From Heptranchias perlo (Eukaryota): 64,000 nt of DNA. Position numbers and translations under genes: made by a program. This document shows positions 64,000-64,000 of the stretch, piece by piece. The DNA lies in NCBI RefSeq assembly GCF_035084215.1, contig NC_090333.1:59024001-59088000 (forward strand). Reading direction: 5' to 3'. The notes below the pieces were generated by a model, which did not search any database, was not told where the DNA came from, and saw nothing but the letters and a program-made list of their open reading frames with translations. The first letter of the stretch is position 1. Each line of letters starts with the position of its first letter.

Positions 64000-64000
64000 C

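Overview
Eukaryotic, repeat-rich vertebrate DNA. The repeat families point to a cartilaginous fish (shark), which is an inference. The window holds a complete KEAP1 gene on the minus strand: five coding exons from 31827 to 19225 giving about 586 aa, a probable non-coding first exon and promoter near 43.3-43.8 kb, and poly(A) signals near 18.36-18.40 kb. At the right edge is the first coding exon of a plus-strand ACOT11/12-family thioesterase, head-to-head with KEAP1, with a likely promoter near 52 kb. The rest is mobile DNA: CR1, RTE and a young APE-RT LINE family, several SINE families, Harbinger-type elements, two solo LTRs and a 34-bp minisatellite. Most notable: (1) KEAP1 has an in-frame upstream ATG separated from the main ORF by one TGA that falls where human Cys23 lies, inside a uORF cluster. 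(2) Three short TSD-flanked Penelope-type insertions carry minimal hammerhead ribozymes with covarying stems. (3) A LINE lacks ORF1 and has a tRNA-Thr-like 5' head. (4) The KEAP1 promoter has a full-consensus ARE. (5) A piece of the KEAP1 3' UTR is copied into its own last intron. All comparisons with human or zebrafish sequences are from memory and need checking by alignment.
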